A DNA stretch of 63,097 nucleotides, taken from positions 1 to 63,097 of the forward strand of contig NIVC01003022.1 in NCBI GenBank assembly GCA_002269645.1, read 5' to 3'. The position numbers and the translations under genes were made by a program. This document shows, one piece after another, positions 49,554 through 61,795 of this stretch (positions within the stretch are counted from its first letter, which is position 1; the number at the start of each line of letters is the position of its first letter). This stretch comes from Macrostomum lignano. Lineage: Eukaryota. The notes beneath the pieces were generated by a model. That model did no database searches, was not told the DNA's origin, and worked only from the letters and a program-made list of their open reading frames with translations.

Positions 49554-52500
49554 TTAGGCTGTCGCGGTCAGGACCAGCAGCCAGGTCGAGGCCGCTGCGG
49601 CGAGCCCCGGTGTCCACGAAGGCGGCGCCGTGACGGCGGTGACAGCAGATCCGCTGACAACCGTCTTGGGGCACCATTTGCCTGCAAACAGGTCAGGCGT
49701 AGATAAACAAGAGGAATTTCTCACAAGGATGCCTAGATAGATAAATAAAGGGAATTTCTCGCAAGGATGCGTAGATAAACAAGGGGGATTTCTCGCAAGG
49801 ATGCGTAGATAAACAAAGGGAATTTCTCGCAAGAATGCTTAGATAAACAAGGGGAATTTCTCGCAAGAATGCTTAGATAAACAAGGGGAATTTCTTGCAA
49901 GGATGCCTAGATAAAAAGGGGGAATTTCTCGCAAGGATGCGTAGATAAACAAAGGGAATTTCTCGCAAGGATGCGTAGATAAACAAGGGGAATTTCTCGC
50001 AAGGATGCGTAGATAAACAAGGGGAATTTCTCGCAAGGATAGACAGATGAGAATGGGGGGATTTTTCGTTAAGTTTGCACATAAATCATGGGAGAATTTC
50101 TTACATGGATACCGAAATCATGAGGGGAATTTCTCCCAAGTTATCTTCAATGAAGTTGCCGCGATTACCCGCTCAGAGTCTTCTAATTAAATTTGAGCTC
50201 CCAATCAATAAATCACATCTGACAGTTTTTGTGATTTTTTAAAACCCTATCGCTAACGGTTTAGCATCAGCTGTTCTGCAAATATTGGCCATGTAAAATA
50301 ATATACTTAATACCTGGCTATAAAACTGTGCGAGTCTATTTGATATTTTGCAGACATTCATCATGTCTCCAGCTCTGATCCCCCTGTGCCCCTTAACGCG
50401 CCAGATTAAGTCGGCCAATGTTGATAATGACGAGAACTATTTCACTTTCTGGGAAAGCCTCTCGGGAGACTGGGAAGTCGCTTCGTCACTTCATTACAGT
50501 CGGCAATTGATAAGGCCCAGCCCCGAGTCCCCCCCCCCCAGCCCCAAGTCCCCCCAGCCCCAGCAACTCCCCTCTTCCCCCTCTCTCTCGTCTCTCCTCT
50601 CCCCGCCCACTCCCACGCGATTCCAGTGCAAACATTTCAAATTCGAATTTATCGACTTGCTCAGCGGGGAGGTGACTGGGGAAACTCTGAGCCCTGGGTC
50701 CGGCGCTGCTTTCTGTCCCGAGCTTTCAGTAATAAGGATCTCTAAGGATAATAGAGTGCGGGAGAAATCCCTCATACTGGAATTGTTAAGGTTCCGGGAG
50801 GCTAAAAGTGCATGCTAAAGCGGTCATTCAAGATTGAGGGGAGCTAAAGTTCGAAAGGGGGTCATTTAGGATCTGGAGGATCGAGAGTCCTTCAAAAGGG
50901 GGTCATTTAGGATCTGGAGGGTTGACGGTCCTTCAAAAGGGGGTCATTTAGGATCTGGAGGGTTGACGGTCCTTCAAAAGGGGGTCATTTAGGATCTGGA
51001 GGGTTGACGGTCCTTCAAAAGGGGGTCATTTAGGATCTGGAGGTTCAACAGTCTTCTTAAAGAAGGTCAATTTGAGTCAGTGTGGGAGTTTTCACAAGTA
51101 TTTCGCTTTTCTATTCTCAATTCCAAGCTGTTTTGGATCCCTGAAGTGAGTTCGCCCATCAGTTCGGTGCGCACGCACTGCACAGCACAAAATCGAGTTT
51201 CGCACAGCTACGCTGGCCGTGCTTCCTTGAAGAGGCGCTAGAAAAAACACACAACTTGTTTGGGTGGCTGGTCCTGGGCGCTGCAGCAGAGGGGGATAAA
51301 GAGCTTACAGAAGGAGGCCAGCCCTCGGATATTCGATTTGAGCGAGAAAACACAATTTGCCTGCCGCTGCAGCTCTGCAACTCTGACTTTGTGTGTCTGT
51401 TCTCTCTGTTTGCTGGACTCCTGCCACCTTACTGCCCCTGATGAGGGCGCCCCTAAGTCTGTCTATCTCTGAAATCTTTCTCCCTCAATATCTTCTTCTC
51501 CCCTCTATTTTCCTCTCCTCCCCTCTATTTTCCTCTCCTCCCCTCTATTTTCCTCTCCTCTCCTCTCCTCTCCTCTCCTCTCCTCTCCTCTCCTCTCCTC
51601 TCCTCTCCTCTCCTCTCCTCTCCTCTCCTCTCCTCTCCTCTCCTCTCCTCTCCTCTCCTCTCCTCTCCTCTCCTCTCCTCTCCTCTCCTCTCCTCTCCTC
51701 TCCTCTCCTCTCCTCTCCTTCGTTTCATTTTTCTCTCCTCTCTTGGCCTAACGTCCATTTTCTACTCAGAAGTTTTTTCCTGCCTCCCACCAGCTGTTTT
51801 TCTAAATTTATCCCTAGAAAAAATCATTATGCTTTTTTCTGGCGCTAAACGAGACCTGCTTGTCGGGGCTCGATTTGATCTCAAGGTCTGAGCTGCTGGC
51901 TTGCTTGGGGCGTCAGTCCCGTCCCCACCTCGCCGCTGCCAGCAGTGAAAACACGTTGGAAGCGGGTGACGGGCACGCCAGCATCGGCCTGCTGCTGGAC
52001 ATCATCCGCCCGAACCGCAAACTCCCGATATCGATATTCGCGTGTGCATCTAAATTTAGATCATAACACACTTGAGCAACTGGCGCTGCGGCCACGGAGT
52101 CTCCAGGCCTTGCTCAGCTGCCCCCCCCCCTCTGGCAGGGAGATGGGATCAATCGCAACGCCACTCCCTTCCCTGTGCTCCCCTCGCAACAAACTTTGGG
52201 TGAACTTTGGTTCGGGACAAGTGTGTCTGTGTGTGCCTGTGTGTGTGCCTGTGTGTGTGTGTGTGTGTGTGCCTGTGTGTGTGCCTGTGTGTGCCTGTGT
52301 GTGCCTGTGTGTGCCTGTGTGTCTGTGTGTGCCTGTGTGTGCCTGTGTGTGTCTGTGTGTGTCTGTGTGTGCCTGTGTGTGCCTGTGTGTGTCTGTGTGT
52401 GTCTGTGTGTGCCTGTGTGTGTCTGTGTGTGCCTGTGTGTGCCTGTGTGTGTGCCTGTGTGTGCCTGTGTGTGCCTGTGTGTGTGCCTGTGTGTGTCTGT

Positions 52501-55500
52501 GTGTGCCTGTGTGTGTCTGTGTGTGCCTGTGTGTGCCTGTGTGTGTGCCTGTGTGTGCCTGTGTGTGCCTGTGTGTGTGCCTGTGTGTGCCTGTGTGTGT
52601 GCCTGTGTGTGCCTGTGTGTGCCTGTGTGTGCCTGTGTGTGTCTGTGTGTGCCTATGTGTGCCTGTGTGTGTGCCTGTGTGTGTCTGTGTGTGTGCCTGT
52701 GTGTGCCTGTGTGTGTGCCTGTGTGTGTGCCTGTGTGTGTGCCTGTGTGTGCCTGTGTGTGTGCCTGTGTGTGTGCCTGTGTGTGCCTGTGTGTGTCTGT
52801 GTCTGTGCCTGTGTCTGTGCATGTGTTTGTGCTTAGATTTGTGCCTGTGTGTGTGCCTGGGTTTGTGCCTGTGCCTGCATTGGAATTTCTTTTCTGTGGA
52901 TTCTTGTCTCTGTAGATACCTCAGTAATGCTCGCATGTGATAGAAAAATAAGTATATCATATGTATTGTCATATGTATTGCAGATTGCCCATATCAATGT
53001 GACTCCCCACAGACCAATGTGACTCTCCCCAAACCAGTGTGACTCCACTTAAACCAGTGTGACTCCCAAAGACCAGTGTGACTCCACTTAAACCAGTGTG
53101 ACTCCCAAAGACCAGTGTGACTCCCACAGACCAGTGTGACTCCCCACAGACCAGTGTGACACCCCACAGACCAGTGTGACTCCCCACAGACCAATGTGTC
53201 TCCCACAGAGCAGTGTCACTCCCCCGCAGAGCAGTGTGACTCCCCCGCAGAGCAGTGTGACTCCCCCGCAGAGCAGTGTGACTCCCCCGCAGAGCAGTGT
53301 GACTCCCCCGCAGAGCAGTGTGACTCCCCCGCAGAGCAGTGTGACTCCCCCACAGAGCAGTGTGACTCCCCCGCAGAGCAGTGTGACTCCCCCGCAGAGC
53401 AGTGTGACTCCCCCGCAGAGCAGTGTGACTCCCCTGCAGAGCAGTGTGACTCCCCCGCAGAGCAGTGTGACTCCCCCGCAGAGCAGTGTGACTCCCCCGC
53501 AGAGCAGTGTGACTCCCCCACAGAGCAGTGTGACTCCCCCACAGAGCAGTGTGACTCCCCCGCAGAGCAGTGTGACTCCCCCGCAGAGCAGTGTGACTCC
53601 TCACAGAGCAGTGTGACTCCACAAAGCAGATTATGATACAGAGTAGGCTGAAAAGAGAAAAGATATTCTTGATTCAAATTCAGCAGATCCGGATTAAAAG
53701 CAAAATCCTCATTCTAAGAAATCGGAAGCTCAGTAGGAAAGATGATTCAGCAATCCGAAGATTTGCGTTGTAAAGCGATATGGTGAGGGGCGGGGTTGGC
53801 AAGAAAGAAGAATGGAGAGAAGAGAGAAGAGACTGAAGTCTCCAAGGGACAACTGCGTGACCCGGAGACTGCTAAGTCAGATGAAGGAAGCTGGCTGCGT
53901 GTGGGACAGGGGGGGGGTCACGTAGTGTTGCCGTCAAGCAACCGTGAGAACTCGGCAACCGCTGGTTTTTGAAATCTGAGCTTACGGGTTGCGAAAGCCT
54001 TAAATAGCGTAGGCGGCCGCGTGTTTCTTTTGTTCATTGCATGTGGCAGTTGAGATGCTTGTGGAAGCAGAGCGTTTGTCACCGTAATTGAGCTCCATCA
54101 ATTAAGCCATCAAATCGCAGGGATCTTAAAACAGAAATTTTGGCTTTTGGAGACGGTGTGGATGCACCATAGAGACAGTGTGGGTGCACCATAGAGACAG
54201 CTGGGTGCACCATAGAGACAGCTGGGTGCACCATAGAGACAGTGTGGGTGCACCATAGAGACAGCTGGGTGCACCATAGAGACAGTGTGGGTGCACCATA
54301 AGCCCTCTCACCTTCTTCGATCATCTTCCTCCTGATTCGGTCGATCCTCTGCCAGAACTGGCACTGCCGCCTTCTCAAGTTGCTGCCCTTCTCGTAATTC
54401 ACGCCCCTCTTGATGTCCAGCACAAGGTGCGACCTGTTGTACCTGCGGTATTGCGGCCAGGTCATGAACGCCTCTTTGACTGGTCCAGAGTTCGAGTCGG
54501 CCTGGTTTGGGTTGCTATGGGAATAAAAATTGTTGAAGGTTAAATAGGAGAACAGGGGAGGTGAGGTGATACAGCCTCCCAGGACCCCCGGTTGGGACTA
54601 CTCATCAAATATTTGTGCGCTAGAAATGTGACAATCAATGACTAAGAGTTCTTTATTTCACCTTGTCTTCCTTTCAATCAATTTCTGTGGCCTCAGCTGA
54701 ATCCCTCCGTCTCACCTGCTTATTGATTGTCTCCTGCTTACTTAGCTGCCTGTTGTTTGACATTGTCAGCAGGTCGTCAGAACTATCTAAATCAATTCAG
54801 TATTCCCACTTCCACTTGTGCTTGCCAATAGAATACTTTGTTTATAGACAGGGGGAGCGTAGAAGCATTTCACACCACCCAGAATTTGTCATGAAGTGGC
54901 AGGGCCACTTCAGAGCAGTCGCACTGATTCCAAGGTTTCCTCAGCTTATCCTTAAACCGGTCTATTCACTGCCATTTCGAAGGCATCCGTCACCTAGATT
55001 GAAATCAAGGCATTCTCCTTCTTGGGAGGTCGCCGCTGCCCTCCTTCCTGTTTATTTCTGAGGTTCACCCACCATTGCCCTCCTTCCTGTTTATTTCTGA
55101 GATTCACCGCTACCCTCCTTCCTGCTTATTTCCGAGGCTCACTCACCATAATTGCCCTCCTTCCTGTTTATTCCTGAGGCTCATCCACCATTGCCCTCCT
55201 TCCTGTTTATTCCTGAGGCTCACCCACCATAATTGCCCTCCTTCCTGTTTATTTCTGAGGCTCATCCACCATTGCCCTCCTTCCTGTTTATTCCTGAGGC
55301 TCACCCACCATAATTGCCCTCCTTCCTGTTTATTCCTGAGGCTCACCCACCATAATTGCCCTCCTTCCTGTTTATTCCTGAGGCTCACCCACCATAATTG
55401 CCCTCCTTCCTGTTTATTCCTGAGGCTCACCCACCATAATTGCCCTCCTTCCTGTTTATTCCTGAGGCTCACCCACCATAATTGCCCTCCTTCCTGTTTA

Positions 55501-58500
55501 TTCCTGAGGCTCACCCACCATAATTGCCCTCCTTCCTGTTTATTCCTGAGATTCACCGCTACCCTCCTTCCTGCTTATTTCCGAGGCTCACTCACCATAA
55601 TTGCCCTCCTTCCTGTTTATTCCTGAGGCTCATCCACCATTGCCCTCCTTCCTGTTTATTCCTGAGGCTCACCCACCATAATTGCCCTCCTTCCTGTTTA
55701 TTCCTGAGGCTCACCCACCATAATTGCCCTCCTTCCTGTTTATTCCTGAGGCTCACCCACCATAATTGCCCTCCTTCCTGTTTATTCCTGAGGCTCACCC
55801 ACCATAATTGCCCTCCTTCCTGTTTATTCCTGAGGCTCACCCGCAATAACTGCCCTCTTTCCTATTTATTTCGGAGTCTTACCGCGGCCCTCCTTCCTGT
55901 AACCCTCCCCAAAACTCACCCTGTCTTGGCGAAGTTCGACCAGAACCGGATGACGTCCTCACTCAGCGTTCTCTCCAGGTCGCTGAAGGCGTAGAATTTC
56001 CGCTGGAACTCGGCATCGAACGGCATGCCGAAGATGTACTCCAGCTCGTAGCCGTGCATCGCTCCGGTCCAGGCGGGCAGCGGCAGCTGCTCGGTCCTGT
56101 GGTTGAAGGTGTACACCCACAGCTTGTGCACTCTGTCTCCCAGCTCTAGCAGCCGGTCAGTGTAATTATCGGCGAAGTCCATTGTCGGGCACTTGAAGCT
56201 TCGGTCGCTGGTCAGATCGTCGAATGCGTTGAGCACGTCCTCGCTGGTCCAGTGCTCGAAGCCGAACTGCTTCGAGGGCACCTGGTATTCGAAGGCCACG
56301 GAGTCCACCAGCCTGTCGTTGATGTTGTTGCTGAGGGTGAAGTACTGCGCGACCAGGTTGTAGGGGTCGTGCTCGAATGCCTGCGGCCGGGAGCCCGCTG
56401 GTGACCTCGGCTGACCCCAGTGGGCTGGCAGCGACCAGTTGTTGTCCTGCAGGAACAGCCTGGCGAGGGCGTACATGATCCAGAACACGCCTTCGTCCTT
56501 CATGACACCTGCGGGCGACGGCGGGGCTGGCTGTGTTAGTGGGAGCTTGAGGGCGAGTGCTCTGGTGGAGTCACTGATTAGAGTGACTGATTAGAGTGAC
56601 TGATTAGAGTGACTGATTAGAGTGACTGATTAGAGTGACTGATTAGAGTGACTGATTAGAGTGACTGATTAGAGTGACTGATTAGAGTGACTGATTAGAG
56701 TAATTGGATTGAATTTCATCTCAATAAAATCCTGTTTGCACTTTCCGAAACAGCCTTGTCCAGCCAGTTCGTCAAAAATCAGATTTTTTCACCATTCATT
56801 TGGATTCCCAATTTTCTTCCTTAATTCGTTGGTCCTCTTGTTAGCCCTAGAATGGCCCGTTGGTTCACCCGGGTTGGAGATGGAAATTGGTTAGAATTTT
56901 TACCTGACACAAGGACTGACTGGCGGATAGCGACAGGGTTCTGGGGGGGGGGGGGCGGGTTCGGCGACATTCGAACTGGGGTGCCTATTTTCGAAGGAGA
57001 AAAGGGCATTGAAGAAAGGAAGGCTCTTGTCCTGGTCTTTCCGTCTCCTTTTTGCCAATGGGGGGGGCGACACGGAATGCTAAATTTAGCTGGCCTTTAT
57101 TTGGCACCTGGTTAGTTTAGGTAGCTGGAATAGAAATTGTAACTTTCCATTCGGGTAACTTTCCATTCGGGTAACTTTCCATTCGGGTAACTTTCCATTC
57201 GGGTAACTTTCCTTTTGGGTAACTTTCCATTTGGGTAACTTTCTATTTTGGTAGCTTTCCATTTGGGTAACTTTCCTTTCGGGTAACTTTCCATTCGGGT
57301 AACTTTCCATTCGGGTAACTTTCCATTTGGGTAACTTTCCATTCGGGTAACTTTCCATTTGGGTAACTTTCCTTTCGGGTAACTTTCCTTTCGGGTAACT
57401 TTCCATTCGGGTAACTTTCCATTCGGGTAACTTTCCTTTCGGGTAACTTTCCTTTTGGGTAACTTTCCATTCAGGTAACTTTCCATTCGGGTAACTTTCC
57501 ATTTGGGTAACTTTCCATTCGGGTAACTTTCCTTTTGGGTAAATTTCCATTCGGGTAACTTTCCATTTGGGTAACTTTCCTTTCGGGTAACTTTCTGTTC
57601 GGGTAATTTTCCGTTCGGGTAATTTTCCGTTCGGGTAATTTTCCGTTCGGGTAATTTTCCATTCGGGTAACTTTCCATTTGGGTAACTTTCCATTCGGGT
57701 AACTTTCCTTTTGGGTAACTTTCCATTCGGGTAACTTTCCATTTGGGTAACTTTCCTTTCGGGTAACTTTCTATTCGGGTAACTTTCCATTTGGGTAACT
57801 TTCCTTTCGGGTAACTTTCCATTTGGGTAACTTTCCATTCGGGTAACTTTCCATTTGGGTAACTTTCCATTTGGGTAACTTTCCATTTGGGTAACTTTCC
57901 TTTCGGGTAACTTTCCATTCGGGTAATTTTCCGTTCGGGTAATTTTCCGTTCGGGTAATTTTCCGTTCGGGTAACTTTCCATTTGGGTAACTTTCCATTC
58001 GGGTAACTTTCCATTTGGGTAACTTTCCTTTCGGGTAACTTTCTATTCGGGTAACTTTCCATTTGGGTAACTTTCCTTTCGGGTAACTTTCCATTTGGGT
58101 AACTTTCCTTTCGGGTAACTTTCCATTCGGGTAACTTTCCATTTGGGTAACTTTCCATTCGGGTAACTTTCCATTCGGGTAATTTTCCGTTCGGGTAACT
58201 ATGGGTAATTTTCCGTTCGGGTAATTTTCCGTTCGGGTAATTTTCCGTTCGGGTAACTTTCCATTTGGGTAACTTTCCATTTGGGTAACTTTCCATTCGG
58301 GTAACTTTCCATTTGGGTAACTTTCCTTTCGGGTAACTTTCTATTCGGGTAACTTTCCTTTTGGGTAACTTTCCTTTCGGGTAACTTTCCATTCGGGTAA
58401 TTTTCCGTTCGGGTAACTATGGGTAATTTTCCGTTCGGGTAATTTTCCGTTCGGGTAATTTTCCGTTCGGGTAACTATGGGTAATTTTCCGTTCGGGTAA

Positions 58501-60696
58501 TTTTCCGTTCGGGTAATTTTCCGTTCGGGTAATTTTCCGTTCGGGTAATTTTCCATTCAGTCATGCACCCGATTCCCACGAGCTCAATGACCAAAGCAAA
58601 TTTACAAGCTCAACACTCACCAAGCAGCACGTCGGTCTTCTTGAAGTTGCCCATCTCGATGACAGTAGTGTGGTCGTACGGCAAGAAGTCGGTGCCAAAC
58701 ACCGGCCGAAATCGCAGGTCGAAGTACATGTAGGTCTCGTGCCCGCTGCTGTTCCTGTAGATGGCGTAGTTGTTTCGTCGCTGCTCCCTGTCTAACGAGG
58801 TCTGCCCGGCCGCCTCCTGGATGTTCTTCACGCTGACATGTCGAAGGCATTCAACAACGCGCGCCTTGTCTTTGTCGTTGTAGTAGCAGCCCACCGATTC
58901 AGCCAGACGCTTGGCGCGCAGCTCCCCCATGTAGCGGTTCTCGGCCGCCCACCAGGCCACCGCTGTGGCGCTCTGCATTATTGCCCGGCGGAAATAAGTC
59001 TGCGAGTACGGCGAGATCATGTGGAAATTCACCGACACGGCGCCGGCTGACTCGCCGAAAAGCGTCACTCGGTCCGGGTCGCCGCCGAATTTTCTGCGGG
59101 ATTTGTGCCGTTTGCTTGGCCACATTAATGTATAGAGTTGAGTGAGGTGGGGCAGGGAGTGAGGTGGGGCAGGGAGTGAGGTGGGGCAGGGAGTGAGGTG
59201 GGGCAGGGAGTGAGGTGGGGCAGGGAGTGAGTGGGGCAGGGAGTGAGGTGGGCAGGGAGTGAGGTGGGGCAGGGAGTGGGGTGGTGACAGGGAGTGAGGT
59301 GGGGCAGGGAGTGAGGTGGGACAGGGAGTGAGGTGGGGCAGGGAGTGAGGTGGGGCAGGGAGTGAGGTGGGGCAGGGAGTGAGGTGGGGCAGGGAGTGAG
59401 GTGGGCAGGGAGTGAGGTGGGGCAGGGAGTGAGGTGGGGCAGGGAGTGAGGTGGGGCAGGGAGTGAGGTGGGGCAGGGAGTGAGGTGGGGCAGGGAGTGA
59501 GGTGGGGCAGGGAGTGAGGTGGGCAGGGAGTGAGGTAGTGCAGGGGCAAGATGGTTAGTGTTGGAACTACTGGCGGAAGTGGTGGCAGGGGTAGCAGTAC
59601 AACAGACCCACCGTATGTTGGCGTTGACCCATTTCATGGCCATCAGCTGATCCGTGAGCCCCATGTTGCCGGGCGCCTCGCTGTCGTGCATCATCATGAA
59701 GCCAAGCGGGCCGGTGCGGTACTGCATGGACACCACCACCACCCCGCCCTTCGCGGCCAGTATGGCTCCGTCGTAGACTTCGAGTGAGGCCGAGCCGGTG
59801 CAGAAAGAGCCGCCGTATATCCAAACCATCACGGCTAGGGCTGCCCGGAGCTCTCAGCTGGTGTCCACACGTTCAAGTAGAGGCAGTCCTCGGACATCTC
59901 CGTGTTGTTCCACCACATTATTAGGGCCTTGTTCTGGGGGAATATGATGGGGAATTTCAGTGATGAAACTGGGGGTTCAAACGCTTTAGGAGGATGCAGT
60001 GGATCAAATGATGCAGGAGATGCAGGGGATGCAGTGGATGCTGGAGATGCAGTGGATGCTGGAGATGCAGTGGATGCTGGAGAAGCAGGGGATGCAGGAG
60101 ATGCAGGGGATGCAGGAGATGCAGGGGATGCAGGGGATGCAGTGGATGCAGAGGATGCAGGGGATGCAGTGGATGCTGGAGAAGCAGGGGATGCAGGAGT
60201 TGCTCACCGCCACCTCGTAGCCGCTGGGTACATGGGGTGATAATAGCAGGTCTTCGGCTTGTTGAAGGCCTTGAACGGCCGCTGCTGGCTGCCCAACGGT
60301 GCGTCCAGCGGCTCGGCGCGGCGAAACCGCAGCGGTCCGACAGGCGGCTTGGCGAACGGCACGCCCATGTAGTGCCAGACTGGGCGGGCAGCGGCTAGCT
60401 TCTTGTAGCCCAGCAGCACTGAGCCGTCGCCAAGGACCGTGCGTCGCGTCTCGGCGCCATTTGGTCCGGCAGCCTCGTCGCCGCCATCACCGCTGCCGAT
60501 GCCGCTGCCGCTTCTGGGCGTCGCTTCTGAGCACCATCGCTGAGCATTGTTGCGGAAGCAGAAGCAGCAGCAGCAGCGGCGGCAGCAGAAACAGTCCAGA
60601 CCCAAGACTTGAGTTCCTCGATGCTCGCCGAAGTATCGACGAATGCGACGATGAAAGAGCTGATGAAGCTGGTGACGTTGCGGAGATGGCGAGCAT
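49554..60696 (-). CDS. ace: Acetylcholinesterase-like cholinesterase with signal peptide and GPI-signal-like C-terminal exon
   Basis: Minus-strand exons 60696-~60208, 59933-59612, 59093-58621, 56508-55920, 54514-54312 and probably 49681-49554. Motifs: YMGVPFAKPPVGPLRF, MWWNNTEMSEDCLYLNVWTP, VMVWIYGGSF, FGESAG (catalytic Ser), GVMKDEG (Glu), WTGAMHGYE (His), FWSNFAKTG|NPN, QCQFW. Three single-base frameshifts (60516-60518, 60234-60237, 59838-59840) must be corrected. The last exon is the least certain part. Confidence 0.9.
49695..50045. repeat. ~35-bp minisatellite
   Basis: Unit GATAAACAAGGGGAATTTCTCGCAAGGATGCGTA. Confidence 0.92.
50855..51045. repeat. 41-bp tandem repeat (4-5 copies)
   Basis: Unit GGGGGTCATTTAGGATCTGGAGGGTTGACGGTCCTTCAAAA. 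Confidence 0.9.
51505..51720. repeat. (CTCTC)n pentamer array
   Basis: Direct reading. Confidence 0.95.
52221..52880. repeat. Compound (TG)n/GCCT microsatellite
   Basis: GTGTGTGCCT-type units; Cys/Val and His/Thr ORFs are artefacts. Confidence 0.96.
52995..53622. repeat. 21-bp minisatellite
   Basis: Unit AGAGCAGTGTGACTCCCCCGC grading from a related 20-bp variant. Confidence 0.95.
54155..54300. repeat. 22/24-bp repeat next to an AChE splice donor
   Basis: Unit GGGTGCACCATAGAGACAG(CT/TGTG). Confidence 0.9.
55040..55900. repeat. 42-bp minisatellite with an internal ~449-bp duplication
   Basis: Unit CCCTCCTTCCTGTTTATTCCTGAGGCTCACCCACCATAATTG; the variant order starting at 55075 recurs at 55524. 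Confidence 0.93.
56574..56700. repeat. 13-bp tandem repeat
   Basis: Unit GTGACTGATTAGA, about 9 copies. Confidence 0.95.
57137..58558. repeat. 15-bp minisatellite (~1.4 kb)
   Basis: Unit GGGTAA(C/T)TTTCC(A/T/G)TT(C/T); the 298-aa and 426-aa ORFs are repeat-derived. Confidence 0.97.
59137..59537. repeat. 17-bp G-rich minisatellite
   Basis: Unit GAGGTGGGGCAGGGAGT. Confidence 0.95.
60003..60197. repeat. 9/18-bp repeat in AChE intron 1
   Basis: GCAG(G/T)GGAT and GCTGGAGAT units. Confidence 0.9.
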
Positions 60697-60769
60697 TTTC
60701 TTGTTGCTGAGCTGCTGTCGATCATCTGCTGGGTCTGCGCGGAAAATGCAAGGGAGTGGGGTGGTTACA

Positions 60770-60945
60770 GGACTAGGGCAGGGAGTGGGGTGGCTGCTGG
60801 ACTGGGGCAGGGAGTGGGGTGGCTGCTGGACTGGGGCAGGGAGTGGGGTGGCTGCAGGACTGGGGCAGGGAGTGGGGTGGCTGCAGGACTGGGCAGGGAG
60901 TGGGGTGGCTGCAGGACTAGGGCAGGGAGTGGGGTGGCTGCTGGA
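60770..60945. repeat. ~29-bp G-rich repeat upstream of the AChE ATG
   Basis: Unit GGGCAGGGAGTGGGGTGGCTGC(A/T)GGACT. Confidence 0.9.
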
Positions 60946-61544
60946 CTAACTAAATGCTGCGAGCTAGTTTACGAGTATAACCTTCTTTTTTGCATTGCCT
61001 TATACATTGCACCCTAGAGAAGGGAGCAAACTTGACGCCCTCGCTAAAGAATTCGACTGGAACGCTTGGGGATTCCTTGCCGGGCAGCTGCGGCCGCACT
61101 AATGGGATCCGCAATCCGCTCGGATTGATAGCTGGCGCCAGCCAGTAGTAGAAACTAAAGGAAAATATCCTTTAGTCCTGTTTCTCTTTTACCAGGCGCG
61201 ATTCTCCTGCCTTTGCCAGTGCGGCCTGAGCTTAGTTTGAGCTTAGCGGTAATCCCCCAGTACCCTGCTAAACCGAGCGCTGGCTGACTGATCGACTGGA
61301 CGGATGGGGTGTGAAGGATGGAGGGAAGATTTCGCCCCTTTCCCCTGTCGGAATACGAGCGGATCAGCCTGAGTGATAAGCGCGACATGAAAAAATATTT
61401 TAATGCTATTTACATTCGTGCTCTTACCCGAGCCCCTGGGCCACGAAAGGAGTTCTGTGTGTCAATTTGTGCGTTAATTGTGCCCGCTGCTCACTGCTCG
61501 GGCTTGAAAAGGAATGAGTTGGCTTTAACATTCCGCTGAGGCAC

Positions 61545-61795
61545 CGGGGAGGGGTAGCACCGGTGAGGGGGAGGCACCGGTGAGGGGGCACCGGTAAGGG
61601 CGTGGCACCGGAGAGGGGATAGCACCGGTAAGGGGTAGCATCGGGTGAGGGGTTTGCACTGGCGAGAGGGTAACACCGGAGAGGGATAACACCGGTAAGG
61701 GGTTAGCATCGTTTGCACTGGCGAGAGGGTAACACCGGAGAGGGGATAGCACCGGTGAGATGGTAACACCGGAGGGGATAGCACCGGTGATGGGG
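61545..61795. repeat. Degenerate ~20-bp repeat with ACCGGT cores
   Basis: GGGATAGCACCGGTGA-like units. Confidence 0.8.

Larger units (their letters stand above)
50348..52140 (+). other. Exon-like non-repetitive segments inside the last AChE intron (possible nested antisense gene)
   Basis: Open, protein-like frames at 50405-50818, ~51160-51440 and ~51860-52140, separated by tandem repeats as true exons are in this window. No family recognised and no consistent splice model obtained. Confidence 0.25.

Noticed and set aside
28842-58556. Long repetitive ORFs (437, 318, 396, 350, 331, 426 aa and others) as mucin-like or structural proteins
   Set aside because: They are translations of tandem repeats, open in several frames and on both strands, and many lie inside defined introns of PAK or AChE.
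49695-58558. NF-kB-like sites in the GGGGAATTTCTC and GGGTAACTTTCC minisatellites
   Set aside because: Neither fits GGGRNNYYCC exactly, and resemblance in short repeat units is expected by chance.
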